NCBI GenBank assembly: GCA_946965045.2
Contig: OX337233.1
Location: forward strand, 1,116,001 to 1,180,000
From: Epithemia pelagica
Lineage: Eukaryota > Protista > Bacillariophyta
Direction of reading: 5' to 3'
DNA: 64,000 bases
Shown piece after piece: positions 43,442-55,802 of this stretch. The notes below the pieces were generated by a model, which saw nothing but the letters and a program-made list of their open reading frames with translations, did not search any database and was not told the DNA's origin. Numbering within the stretch: position 1 is the first letter of the stretch; each line of letters starts with the position of its first letter. The translations under genes were made by a program, and so were the position numbers.

Positions 43442-46400
43442 ATGAGCTCATCCCATACCTGCACCTTCCCGTTTAAGGTGGAAGATGACGACTCCATCAT
43501 GGAGGCAATCAAGTGGACCCAAGGGACATCACGATATGAGATCTACATTTCACATCTTTGTGAGTTGGAACTCGGGCAGTTGCTTCCACATTGTTTGACT
43601 TTCAAGTCCAAGATTGAAGCTGCCATTGGTACTCCTGCCCATGTTGGGCCATCATTGTTTCGTGTTTTCCACGCACCATCTCTCCGATTCTTCGTTCAGT
43701 TTGGGATCAGGTCCTTGAAGCGGGTGATGATGAAGTTTTGGTGGACACCATTGAAGGCTTCACAGAAGCATTGAAAATGTTTATTGCTGTGCATGCCACG
43801 GCAGATGATCGCCATGATCTCCTTCAGCAACTTCGCAATCCAAAGAAACCTAGCAACCATCATGTGCAGTCTTTCTGGTATCCCATGAGAGAATTGAATG
43901 GGTATGTAGATTGGCTGCCTGGAAATGAAAGTGCTCTCGATGATGCACAACTCAAACAAGCATTCTATGATGCAATGCCACGACATGGCAAGACCGTTTT
44001 GTTCAAGCAGGTCATTCCAACATTCACATGACCATGGCTGAAGTTGTGCGTTATTTCCGCAAACAGGAAAATCTTGCCTTGCGCAAACAAGCTGAGAATT
44101 CCTTGGCTCAGAAGAAATCTTCTAGCACTCAATGTCATTCAAAGTCTAATTCTGGAAAGCCTTATGCTTCAAAGAACAAAAGTTGGAAACGATCTTCTGA
44201 AAAGATTCTAGCAATCGCAAACGCATGGACATTGATAATGATGCTGCCTGTCCAGTCCATCCGGACATGAATCATACTTGGGGTGAATGCTACAGCAACC
44301 CTGCTAACAAAAGCAAAAGCAAACGCAAAAACACTGATTTGTCGTCTAAGACATCAGACAAGAAGCGCCAGAAAACTAGCGCATCATCTGGAGAGCATGC
44401 CAATGTCGCTGCTGATCTCACCTCTGCTCCTCTTGGAGATGAAAATGATAAGGCCATCAATGATGGTACTTTTTCTGAGGATCTTGAATCCAATGGTACG
44501 TTTTCCCTTGTCTGCTATGCAGATGAATGTGAAATACTCCATACCTCTCATCACTTGGACGACTTGTCCTTCCTTGCCTCTTCACAGGTGAAGAGTAGTT
44601 TGTCCCAACCAAATCATGATGTGCTCCTTGCATACGCATCCTTCTGTGAAGACTTGTACTCCAATGGAGAATACAAAAGTGGTAATGAGATAACCCAAAA
44701 CCTTGATGTTACAAAGTCCTTGCGTCTTAGATCTGTTGGCCTTATGACAGCCAGGCATGTGCAAAAACATAAATGCCGCAGGCCTTTCAAAGTGCTTTTT
44801 GATACTGGATCTGACAAGACCCTTATCAGCCAACGTGCCCTTCCAATTGGGGCAAATCCAAAAACCATAGACGCCAGACAGGTCACTGGCATTCATGGAA
44901 CCCAAAAACTCAATCAAGAAGTCTTGCTTACAGACATTGCCTTCCCTGAGTTCTCGCCCACTCAACGAGTGCCTGGCCCTATACAGGCAACAGTGTTCAA
45001 CAATGCTGACTCACCATACGATGTCATTGTCGGAATGGATGTAATGCAAGCCTTAGGCATTGATGTCCAATGCTCGACACAAACCGTGTCTTGGAACAAC
45101 AACATGATTCCTTTTCGGCCTCCAAACTATTTCAATGATTCCGCCTTGGAGGAGACCCTTTCTGCCATCATGCCGGATGACCCACTTGATGTCAAAGAGG
45201 CTCGTCAGGCAGGTTACAAATCCAAGAAGATTATGCACTCGAACTATGAGGCAACAACTACAGAGGCAGTTGCTCAACAGCAGCAGCATCTCACGACATC
45301 ACAACAGCGTGATCTGGCCAATCTCCTGAAGGACTTTCCAAAACTATTCTCTGGCAAACTCCGTTGTTTCCATAGAAAAATTCATCTTGAATTGAAAGAT
45401 GGCGCTGTTCCACAGAATTGCCGACCATATCCGGTTCCCAAGCATCATGAACAAGTCTTCAAAGATGAACTTCAGCGACTTGTCGACGTTGGTGCCCTCA
45501 AGAAGTGTGGTGCCTCTGAATGGCTATCTCCAAGCTTCATTGTTCCTAAAAAGGACGGACGCGTTCGCTGGATCTCTGACTTCCGGATGCTCAACAAATA
45601 CATCAAACGCAGAGTCTACAACCTGCCAAAGATACAGGATATCTTGACCAAACGCAATGGATATGCCTTCTTCACGAAGCTCGACATCTCCATGCAATAC
45701 TACACCTTTGAACTTGATCCTGCCAGCCAGGAGCTGTGCACTATCTGCACCCCATACGGCAACTATCGCTATCAACGTCTCCCCATGGGAGTTAGTCAGT
45801 CTCCTGACTTGGCACAAGAAATAATGGAGGACCTCCTCCGTCACCTTGATTAAGTCGATTGCTACATTGACGATTTTGGTGTTTTCAATAATACATGGGA
45901 TTCCCATCTTGTTTCCCTGCGCAAAGTTCTGGCAATCCTTGAAAACAACAATTTTATTGTTAACCCAGCCAAATGCGAATGGGGTGTCCAGGAAACTGAC
46001 TTCCTCGGATATTGGTTAACACCAACTGGTTTGAAACCCAACAAACGCAAAATGTCGCCCATTTTGGCTCTCCAGCCACCCAAAACGGTCAAACAACTCC
46101 GGTCTTTCCTTGGTGCCGTCAACTATTACCGTGACTTGTACCCCAAGAGGGCACACATTCTAGCACCCCTTACCAAACTCACTGGAAATGGCCGTGGCCC
46201 CATACAATAAACACCAGAATGTCAAAAGTCTTTTGACCATATGAAAGCTCTTCTCGCCAAAGATGCCTTTCTACGCTATCCTGACCACAACAAACCCTTT
46301 CACATCTACTGTGATGCAAGTGATTTGCAACTTGGTGCCGCTATTCTTCAGGATGGCTCCCCTGTTGCCTTTTACTCACGCAAACTCACCCCTCCACAAC

Positions 46401-47947
46401 GTAACTATACTGTTGGAGAAAAGGAACTTCTTTCCATTGTGGAAACTCTCAAAGAGTTTCGCACCATGCTTTATGGATGTCCAAACATTCATGTCTACAC
46501 GGATCACAAAAACAACACATTCCATTGCCTTCAGACCCAGTGTGTGTTGCGATGGCGACTCTTCCTTGAAGATTATGGTGTGCATTTCCACTACATCAAA
46601 GGCGAATCCAATTCCCTTGCTGATGCACTCTCTCGTCTTCCCTTTGATGAGAGGCAGAATTCCCCTGATGGAAAACCTATGATCGATCAACAACAACAAA
46701 GTTTTTACTCAATGGCCATCGACAATGATGATCTTCTTGATTGCTTTGTCAACCTTCCTTCTTCTGAAGGCATTCCGTTTGTTCTTGATTACAACACTAT
46801 TGCTGAGGCTCAGTCTCGGGACGCCAGACTAGAGCAACTCCGGCAGGAAAATGCACAACAGTTTGTGCAACAATTGCTTGCTCCGAACACATACGTGTGG
46901 AGTTATATTCCCAAACCAGACGATCCATGGAAGATCTATCTTCCCACAGAATTACTTGAACAAACCACTCGTTGGTATCATTTGGCCCTTAGCCACCAGG
47001 GACAAAATCGCTTGTACGATACCATGGCAATGCATTTGTATCATCCTGATCTACGCCGTCAAGTCGAGGCTGTGGTTTCCCGTTGCGACACTTGTCAACG
47101 TTACAAACAAGTCCTCCGAGGACATGGCCACACTGCACCTCGTGAGGCTTCATTGCATCCATGGCGTGAAATTGCTGTCGACTTAATTGGCCCCTGGACA
47201 TTTGAAATGGCAGGACAAAAGATCCAATTTCATGCACTCACTGCAATCGACACAGTTACCAATTTGGTCGAACTCATTAGAGTCGACAATAAAACTGCCG
47301 CACACGTTGCGCAACAACTTGAAAATGTATGGCTATCACGCTATCCAAGGCCACTCCATTGCATCTATGATCAAGGAGGAGAATTTACAGGCTACCATTT
47401 TCAACGTCTCTTGCAGAGACATGGCATCAAAGGCCATCCAATTTCTTCCAAAAATCCCCAGGCCAATGCAATTTGTGAACGCATGCACCAAGCAGTTGGT
47501 AATAGCCTCCGCGCTCTTACAACCATGAATCCCCCTGATGGGATAGCCACAGCAACTCAGTTGTTGGACACTGCTCTAGCAAATGTTCTCTTTGCTGCTT
47601 GTTCAGCAGTTCATGGCACATTGCAAACAACCCCAGGTACCCTGGCCTTTCATCGAGATATGATTCTTGATATCCCTGTCATTGCTGACTTACACCTCCT
47701 TCGTGAGAGGAGACAACAACTTATCAACACAAGGTTGATTGCCGCTAACCGCAAACGGTTTGCCTATGATTATCACATTGGTGATGAAGTTTTGAAGCTT
47801 CGCTACAAACCGAGCAAACTTGAGGCTCGTGCGGATGGACCCTACCGCGTAGAATCAGTCCATACTAATGGAACAGTCACCATCCGACTCAATGCTACGA
47901 CCATTGAGCGCATTTCCATACGCAGAGTGAAGACCAACCATCGCTAA
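43442..47947 (+). pseudogene. Gypsy gag-pol, frameshifted, with internal stops
   Basis: CPVHPDMNHTWGEC knuckle, VLFDTGS (protease), KLDISMQYY and CYIDD (RT), YCDASD (RNase H), WYH...SHQG...CDTC, AVDLIG, YDQGGEF and ICER (integrase); TAA at 45851 and 46208. Confidence 0.92.
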
Positions 47948-48024
47948 CTCTGTGCTGAGGGATTTTATCCTACTCGACAAGGTTCCCCTCTGTTTTCCAC
48001 ATCGTGCCACCTTGAGAGGCAGAA

Positions 48025-48209
48025 TGCAATGTGAAACATGCTCTAATGCGAGACGTGCGCAGACCTGCGCCTCAGACATGCGCAGACCTGCACCTCGAAC
48101 ATGCGCAGACCTGCACTTCAGACATGCGTCAAACCCGTATCACGTCTCACACTTCACTTTAGACCTAAGCTCATAATGTTATCATCGACATCTTTAGCAA
48201 GCTACTGCA
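48025..48209 (+). repeat. Gypsy 3' LTR (185 bp)
   Basis: Direct repeat of 43214-43393 with an extra CACTT. Confidence 0.92.
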
Positions 48210-49172
48210 CGTTCAACGCCAAAGGTGCAGGTGGAGCCCCAACTACCTAGGTAGCCATTGGCTTCTTGGGGGAACAGGGGACAAAGAAGGCGCGAAAATG
48301 CTTATGTAGATAAAGCGAAATGAATGTTCTATATCATGCGTTGAGTACGGCGTGCGCTGTGCCTTTTGTCTCACTGGTTAGTGGTTAGTTGTTGGGAATT
48401 CAGTAGTGTTCACGGTCTTAAACATATTTTGTAATTTTGGGGCAATTACGTTGAAGATTGCGCTACAGATATGTTTGTGTAATTCAGTAGAATCCCATTT
48501 CTTACATGTATATTGCATCCATGATATGCCCTCAAACTCAAAAAATAGAACTACAATAGAATCGCTCTGTTCTCTCTTCTCGTCTTCGATAGAAAGAGGG
48601 AATCACCAACTCGATACTCGCGATGCGAGCGATCTACGAATACGCGAGAGCCATAGCCGGTAGAGACATATCGAAGCTAGATATAGTCGTATTGATTTTG
48701 GATATGGGTAGAGTAAAAAGAGTCTCTTTAATAATATACAGAACCATGTACTAAGTTCTTGTCTGCCCCTATATTCGTCTGGTATTCGAATATATTATAC
48801 AATAGATCACATTATAGATCACAGTATGAATTCCAAGGACTCGATTTCAGTTTCTATTATGTCAGATTTTATGTTTTGTGGTCTAGCAAGTGTAGTAAGA
48901 AGTAAGAAGTGGCAAAATGGCAAACCTCGAGAACTTGTGCCTTGTGCCTCTCTCCCTTCTCGCTTCTGGCTTTCTGCTGCGACGCTGGCAAGGAAATCGA
49001 ATCCCACTTCGCAAGCACTATTTACGACAAAATTAAATAATTTCCCCGTCTAGAGTGGGATCGATACAGCCTCGCTCTTTCATAATATCATTCATCTTTC
49101 ATCAAACTTCGAAGACTCATATATTTCTAGGTCGTTGTATGAAAAACAACCCAAACAACAGCAAGACCAGCG

Positions 49173-50519
49173 ATGAATGATGTTTGCTTTCCAAATAGCT
49201 TTGGTCTCGAAATGAGCATTACTGCTAGTGAAACCGAATCCCTTTCGTGTTTGATGCGCTCAGCAGTAGATCGCTTTGACAGCAAACCCGTCTCAGGTTC
49301 GGCCAAGTCCTCTTGTGATGGATTGTACGAGCCCTTTACGATGGGGTGTGGGCCCATTCCGAAGACCCTTAAAGAGCTTTCTCTTGAACAATTCATAAAC
49401 GCTTCAATTGGATGCTTTCCTCATTCAGCAGGTGAGAGAGATCACAAGAGAGACCATTCTACTACTAGTCGTACTAGCACTGCTAGAGCGCCATCGAAAA
49501 TCGCGCATACTTTAAGTCATGACAATAAGACACCTATCATTAAGAAGGCATTTGAAGAGCGGGCTGGATGTGATCAAAGGCGATTGTCACCATGTTGTAG
49601 CAATGATGACATTCGTCCCCGCCATGGATTAACGGACCAGAATGTTCCTGAAGATGACCTATCCGTGGAGTCATTACCAGTGCAAGAGTACAGGAAAGTG
49701 ATGGGTCCTAAAGATTTCCCCTTATATCTCACAAGTGTTGAAGATGTACCTGTCGCAGCTGCCTTGGTTGAGAGCGTCGATCTGTTTTTGCCACATACCA
49801 GCCCTAAATCGATGTGCAAAAGAAAGGAGCATGTCCGGGTTTGCATTCGGGACACTGAGGAAAATATCTCTTCGGAAAACGAAGATCCTGAAGGCATGGT
49901 AGAGGAAGAAGTTGAAGGCAATACGAACACCCACCAAAACTGCAATAGTAGTAGTATTAACGCCTCTATGGGTACGACGCAAAGTCCCAAAGGAAGTATG
50001 TCCCAAGATGATCAATGGTATGCCAAGTATGAGGAACTCCGAAGATATCAAGAAGTGCACGGTGATTGTCTTGTTCCCCATAACTATAAGGAGAATCTTC
50101 CCTTGGCCCGCTGGGTGAAGCGCCAGCGACACCACATGAAGCAAATAATGGAAGAGCAAGAAGCAGGACAAGTGCTCTCCAAGACTACGGAAGAGCGTGT
50201 AAGAGCTCTTCAATCACTTGGCTTCATCTGGAATTGTCAAGGTACTGCTTGGGAAGAAAAGCTTCAGGAACTGCGTCGTTACCGCGACAAATATTCCGAC
50301 TGTAACGTCCCAAGTAACTTCCCCGAGAATCCCAAACTTGGCATGTGGGTCAAATGTCAACGTCGTCAGTACAAGCTATTCAAAGAGGGAAAGCAATCAA
50401 GTATGACCAGGGAGAGAATCGAAGAGCTCGAAGAGATGGGATTCACATGGGGACTGCGAAACCACAGAAGAAAATCGAGAGTCAACGTGGGAATCATGTT
50501 TGGGGGTGACCCTCGTTGA
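49173..50519 (+). CDS. Protein with two C-terminal helicase-associated (HA) domains
   Basis: WYAKYEELRRYQEVHGDCLVP...LARWVKRQR...LQSLGFIW and WEEKLQELRRY...CNVP...LGMWVKCQR...LEEMGFTW. Confidence 0.9.
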   Translation: MNDVCFPNSFGLEMSITASETESLSCLMRSAVDRFDSKPVSGSAKSSCDGLYEPFTMGCGPIPKTLKELSLEQFINASIGCFPHSAGERDHKRDHSTTSRTSTARAPSKIAHTLSHDNKTPIIKKAFEERAGCDQRRLSPCCSNDDIRPRHGLTDQNVPEDDLSVESLPVQEYRKVMGPKDFPLYLTSVEDVPVAAALVESVDLFLPHTSPKSMCKRKEHVRVCIRDTEENISSENEDPEGMVEEEVEGNTNTHQNCNSSSINASMGTTQSPKGSMSQDDQWYAKYEELRRYQEVHGDCLVPHNYKENLPLARWVKRQRHHMKQIMEEQEAGQVLSKTTEERVRALQSLGFIWNCQGTAWEEKLQELRRYRDKYSDCNVPSNFPENPKLGMWVKCQRRQYKLFKEGKQSSMTRERIEELEEMGFTWGLRNHRRKSRVNVGIMFGGDPR

Positions 50520-52714
50520 TTCGATTTACTCCAGAAGAGAGAGACCTGATACCCATGCATAACATAGTAGACGAAGGATGCTACGAAAATATGAAGAAAT
50601 GTTTGTTCATTCTACGAACTGGGAGGACCTTCATGATGTTGAGCGTATAGCCTTTAGGAAGAACACTTTCCATACTACTAGCGGGTCATCTCTTTAGTTT
50701 CATAAACAGGACCTTGTTATTCAACGGGACACCTTGATCCTTTCAGGTTACAGATGCATCATTTTCCGCGGCCCATTTTTTCGCGCCAACCCTTACGCAT
50801 GAGTCGGCTACTAGTGACAAGTGCCGTCCATCTTTTCTGTTTGCAGGAGCCTGCGTATGTCATCACGAGTCTAGAAACACTTGATGGGTAGCCATTTTTT
50901 TCTATCGACTGTTGCGTTGGCTCTTCACGTTGGACTCAACCTACCTAGGAGTTTGGGGTATCGGGTATCGGATTGGGAAAGGTTGGTGCTTGGACGAGTG
51001 TACCAATTATTATGATGAATAGGAATACTCGCACTCGTGTACCTATTACCTATATTGGTCTATTAGAAATAATATGAGTGCTTTAAGAGCTAGTATTTAC
51101 TCTACCAGTCTCTCCATTCTCACTAACGAAGGGGCTTATATATAATGTCTTTCAATTTGCAGGGTAACATCATAACAACAATAAGGTATATCAATTCTCG
51201 ACATTCTTGCGTTTCGAGGAAGTTGTGTCCTCACAATTAATTCGCTTTCACAATAATTCACAATTGCGTCTTGCGTCCGATCGTTACTGGGTACGGGGCG
51301 AACAAAAATACTTGTGTGGATTGGAGTAAGCTACATTTATGTCGCCAAGTCGCTGGTGAGAGGTGAGAGTACCAAGATCGAAACAGAACCCCCACCATCT
51401 CATCCGGTTAACCCTTGGGTTGTCACAAGGCCTCACAGAAACACATTGGGGGGCTGAGAGAACGCATCGGCGGAGATGCTGGTCCAGCAAGTGATGGCAA
51501 AGCCGACAGTGCCTAAAGCCACCTTGCTTCCCCGAATCATGGATCGGATCTCTGTGAATCGTGCAATGGAAAATAGTCCGGTAAGGAAGCACCTTCTTAA
51601 AAGACAGCGTCTTAGCATCATCGACAATGGACAAAAGTTGTAAGACTCCCTTGTCAGGGGTTACCGTGGCGTGCGTCAGCATCAAATCTTTTCTCGCGGG
51701 ATAAAACCATACGCGAACCACCATTGATAATTAATTACTTGCCCATGGCAATCATGGACCAGAGATGGGGAAGCGATGCACTGATTGGCCCCTATCACTT
51801 GTTCTGCTGCCAAAGTGTGTGCAAATCAAGTCCACCGTCCTGTAAACAAGAAGTATCTCCTCTCTTGGACGACTACGAAAATGGCCTCGTGAACTGTCGA
51901 TTTGACCTGTTTTGTTGTTCTTCTTGTGTGTGACAAGGAGCGAGGGTAACGTCGGGGAGATACGGAAAAGCTAGCCAACTTGCATATCGTCACCAAATCG
52001 ATCGCAGTCGTATTGACCAGAATAATGGTCACCGATGATCGTTTCTCTTTGGTTGGAGCAATACGTAAGCAGCAACTCTGATATTTTCAGAAAAGGCAGT
52101 ATCGGGGAGTCAATCGGATATCGGATGTTATGTAGGACTACTCCTACTCCTACTCCTAGAAAATACATAGTTTTCCAAATCAGCACATATCCTACCTAGA
52201 TAAAAGGGAATAGTCTATTCTTCCAGCTGCCGCGCCTACCCGCTAGGGTACGGTCGACCGACTGCCCAGCACATAGCCTAGATAGCAAAAAAGCGATCTA
52301 GGTAGAAGCGACACATATGCGACGCATCTTGCATCCAAGGTCGACAACCGACAATGACGACGGTGAGCCATCCACAATCCACACTATCTGTACGGTATGC
52401 AAAACGAGCAAGTTTGCTCGTCTTTCTTGGACTGTAGCTGTATGCAAGGAAAAATTCCGCCCTTCTCTGAACTGGTTGCGTTCGCTCCCTCACATTCCGT
52501 TTGTGACGCTGACTGGTTCTAAAAGACGAGGCAGTTTGTGTTTTCTCCCATACACAAAGAGCATCAGACAACCTCTGTTTGGTATAGCTCTGTTCCTTTC
52601 TTTGTTCCGAAACACCAAGGTGTTATCAACCAAGGTGCTCTAGGGTTTTTTGTTTCCAGTAGGGAAATTCTGGCAGGAATGCTCCTCCAGTTGTACTCGG
52701 CTTGGTTTTTCATT

Positions 52715-55555
52715 ATGGTCACGCTTCCCAACCAAACTCTAGAACAGGCGGTTAAGAAATTGCCTTCCTGGGTGTCGTATGTGGCACCCGACCAGGACCA
52801 CAATGGGTTGCCACCGTCGTTTCGTCGCAAAAAACGGCCCTTGTCCAACAAGAAGACTGGAAACCATGAGAATGACGCTAGCATGGACCCAGAAGTCTGG
52901 GACCAGTATCATTGCGAGTTGTTGATGCAACAAGACATTATCAAAACACGTCTCTATCATGGATTGTGTCAACGATTGGATCAACTCGTTCAAGACTTTT
53001 TCACCTCTTCCTTTGCTGCCAACCAAACGACAGTAGTGCTTGCCTCCAATGCTGCCACAACCACAAGAACGACTGGTTCAGAGACCAGCCTCCCGACAAG
53101 TACCTCAAAAAATACAAAAACCTCGCATTCACCCTCTTCCGTGCATGCAGCAGAATCACGACAGGATACTGTAGCTTCTACTGCTGTAAATCACGACTCT
53201 TTCAGTGAGAAATATCCAAGAAATGATATTCATGACATGACATTGGAGAGCACTACGACTCCTTCTGCAATAACGACAAAGTCCTCCCTGTCATCTCCTA
53301 AGACGACAACTACCCACGATCCTTCCCATCCTGCCACCACCAACGTAGACTCCGACACCGCAAAGCCGTCAACCGTACCCGTAGACGAAGTATCAAAGAG
53401 CCAAGACGTTGGAACAGAGAGTCTCAACGACCCCGGAACCAACAAAGAGGACTCGCGCATTTCGACCACTCCAGTACAAAACGGCAAGGGAGTTCGAGAT
53501 AATAACAGTCAAAACAATACGTCTCCTCCTACCAATAAGAAACGACAGCTAGGCAATGATCTGCAACCACAGAAGGAGCAATCTTGTACTTCCTGGGAGG
53601 CCTTTCAAAAGCGCTATCGAATGAACCCAGTTACTTGTTCTGTGTCGCAACATGAACAACAGCAACAACAAGCCTTTCCAGATGAAGCAGTTCGTTTGGT
53701 GTTACCCGTCACTATTGTTCCACAAACAATGGCACCCTTGCAACATGGTTTGGACCGATGGCAATGGATGCATTGTTGGGTACATCATCATCAACGACGC
53801 ATTGGAGTGGCGGCCGTCGTGTGGTTGCAACAACCACCCACCTCGAATCCATCTCCCGATTGGCCCAAGGAAGAGCTGATTCGGCAATTGTGGAAGGCAC
53901 AGCCTCCGTCCGTGTCCTACAGTCGCAAGCATTGGTCCAAGATGACACTATCCGAACTTCTCCAAAATTGGGCACGTTATTACCAGCCCAGGGAGGACCA
54001 CCACGGAACCAAGAAGAAGACGGAAGACAATCAAAACACCATTTACATTGTCTGGGATCCGCAAACGTGTCCCATTCATGGTCAGTTTTGGATGTGGTTG
54101 GTCGAACAACGATGTCAATATGGCGTTCCCTTGTCGGTAGTGCTGTTGGAAGATGTCGTTCAAACTCGAATCTTTCACAATCATCAACCACCCCACCGTA
54201 GTTCCACCCTACCAGCGTCTTGTGCCGCCCATGTTCACATTGAATCAGCCAAACCCTTGGCTTCGCATGAGAGTGGTAGCCATAGTAGTCCTCCTCGTTG
54301 GCTCGATCGCTTGTTGGAATTTGGAATGTCTCATCTAAATCACGCTGCTCGCAAAACCAGTGACATGAACGATAGCAGTCAAACCACTGAGGAAACGGCT
54401 CTGCGTGTCGTCCTTCATTGGCTGCTTCATCGACGAGAAAGCAAAAAGCGACAATTGAAAGGAAACGACAATCCATTCTTTGAAGAACAGCTCGAATTAA
54501 TGCCACTCCTGTTGCACTGGAAAAAGGAATGGGCCACGGAATTGTCCAAAGTGTCCATTGCTTTCAACGCAACTGAGGAAAGCACCACAATGACAAAGAG
54601 TGATGGATGGTTCAAAGTAGCACACGATGTTCTAGACCTGGCACCCAGTGGCCTTTCGGGCGATTCATTCAGGGGCGAGTTGATGCAACGATTGCGTTAT
54701 ATTGACTTGCTTCGACAAAAGCTTCGGCCAAACCCCCTGCACCACCCAACCGCGTCACCATATGCCCTGGATTGTTCCTGTTCCTGGTTGGCCTTTCAGT
54801 TGAAACAATTGCTGCAAAGCTTAGACAACGGCGACACTGTCCAAACAACAGAGAATTCCCCTCTCTCCTCTTGGACCGAGGGACATCGTCAACAGATTCT
54901 AGCATGGTTATTACAGCAACGAAAAGAACAAAAGAAGCAACTAAATGGGAAAGCACTGACCACCAATGACAAAGAAGATAGTCCCACTTACGTGACACTG
55001 GGCATTTTGGATTGCATTCATGAGTGGATGATTTTGCTGGATCACTCTCCTTCGCGTTCCGAGTTCCAGCAATGCGTGGATGAGTATACGATGCGTTCGG
55101 CAAGCCATGGCAGTGACATGGTGACTGATGATGGTCGTCCTTTGGTCGTCACGCAACTGAGACGAGAAACCGTGTCGTCCTTGTTCTGGGACCAAGAGAA
55201 ACAAATGCCGGATTCATTGATTGATACAATATTGGACAGTGATGAGAAAACCAGTCAACGACTGCTCTCGCAATGGGCAATCCGAGTGGCACCCGCTGCC
55301 TTGTATCAAAGCCTTGCGGACCAAGCATCGATTTCGGATTCGGAATGGTACCAAGAATTTGGACAGCGGTTACTGAGCCATGTTTCGGAAAGTTTGGGAC
55401 AAAGCATGAATGACATTGCCAATCGTGATTGGCTGTCACAAGCGTACCACTATGGCCGCCATCACCTTCGGTACATGGGATTGGTAAAGGAACTGCGACG
55501 GACCAATGGGACAGTCTATGAAAAAATTGCCCTAGTATTCTGTAGTGGCGATTGA
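52715..55555 (+). CDS. ORC3: Origin recognition complex subunit 3-like protein (divergent)
   Basis: C-terminal winged-helix-like LYQSL...ISDSEWYQEF...HHLRYMGLVKELRRTNGTVYEKI resembles the ORC3 C-terminus; mid-region YGVPLSVVLL. The ORF is open from 52538; start chosen by inference. Confidence 0.55.
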   Translation: MVTLPNQTLEQAVKKLPSWVSYVAPDQDHNGLPPSFRRKKRPLSNKKTGNHENDASMDPEVWDQYHCELLMQQDIIKTRLYHGLCQRLDQLVQDFFTSSFAANQTTVVLASNAATTTRTTGSETSLPTSTSKNTKTSHSPSSVHAAESRQDTVASTAVNHDSFSEKYPRNDIHDMTLESTTTPSAITTKSSLSSPKTTTTHDPSHPATTNVDSDTAKPSTVPVDEVSKSQDVGTESLNDPGTNKEDSRISTTPVQNGKGVRDNNSQNNTSPPTNKKRQLGNDLQPQKEQSCTSWEAFQKRYRMNPVTCSVSQHEQQQQQAFPDEAVRLVLPVTIVPQTMAPLQHGLDRWQWMHCWVHHHQRRIGVAAVVWLQQPPTSNPSPDWPKEELIRQLWKAQPPSVSYSRKHWSKMTLSELLQNWARYYQPREDHHGTKKKTEDNQNTIYIVWDPQTCPIHGQFWMWLVEQRCQYGVPLSVVLLEDVVQTRIFHNHQPPHRSSTLPASCAAHVHIESAKPLASHESGSHSSPPRWLDRLLEFGMSHLNHAARKTSDMNDSSQTTEETALRVVLHWLLHRRESKKRQLKGNDNPFFEEQLELMPLLLHWKKEWATELSKVSIAFNATEESTTMTKSDGWFKVAHDVLDLAPSGLSGDSFRGELMQRLRYIDLLRQKLRPNPLHHPTASPYALDCSCSWLAFQLKQLLQSLDNGDTVQTTENSPLSSWTEGHRQQILAWLLQQRKEQKKQLNGKALTTNDKEDSPTYVTLGILDCIHEWMILLDHSPSRSEFQQCVDEYTMRSASHGSDMVTDDGRPLVVTQLRRETVSSLFWDQEKQMPDSLIDTILDSDEKTSQRLLSQWAIRVAPAALYQSLADQASISDSEWYQEFGQRLLSHVSESLGQSMNDIANRDWLSQAYHYGRHHLRYMGLVKELRRTNGTVYEKIALVFCSGD

Positions 55556-55802
55556 GGTTCTGGTTTCCATACAAGACGATTATCGATCCAGCTATAATGA
55601 TTGGAATCTTTTCTCAGCTGTCTTGTCCCACTCCTATTCAGTCGATAGGCTATGCGAGCTAGCTCATGCTTCAATACAAATCTATATGAATATCCTTGTT
55701 TCATCGGTTGACAAGAGAATGACGACATATCCTAATTTTACTTGCCAGATTCTATGGTGCTGTTGCCTATCTCGTCTATTCAACCAGAGACAGCAGATTC
55801 TT

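Larger units (their letters stand above)
43214..48209 (+). mobile_element. Full-length but decayed Ty3/gypsy LTR retrotransposon
   Basis: TG...CA LTRs at 43214-43393 and 48025-48209; 5-bp TSD CGTTC (43209-13, 48210-14); PPT GAGAGGCAGAA; partial tRNA-iMet-like PBS (ATCAGAGC); PR-RT-RH-IN order. Confidence 0.95.

Noticed and set aside
40330-48425. GTTTGAGACC (about 40339) and GGTCTTAAAC (about 48413) as Harbinger TIRs
   Set aside because: Only a 10-bp imperfect match that does not extend and lacks matching TWA duplications.
51284-52186. Run of short minus-strand ORFs
   Set aside because: All frames contain multiple stops and no recognisable motif; could be an old remnant but is unsupported.
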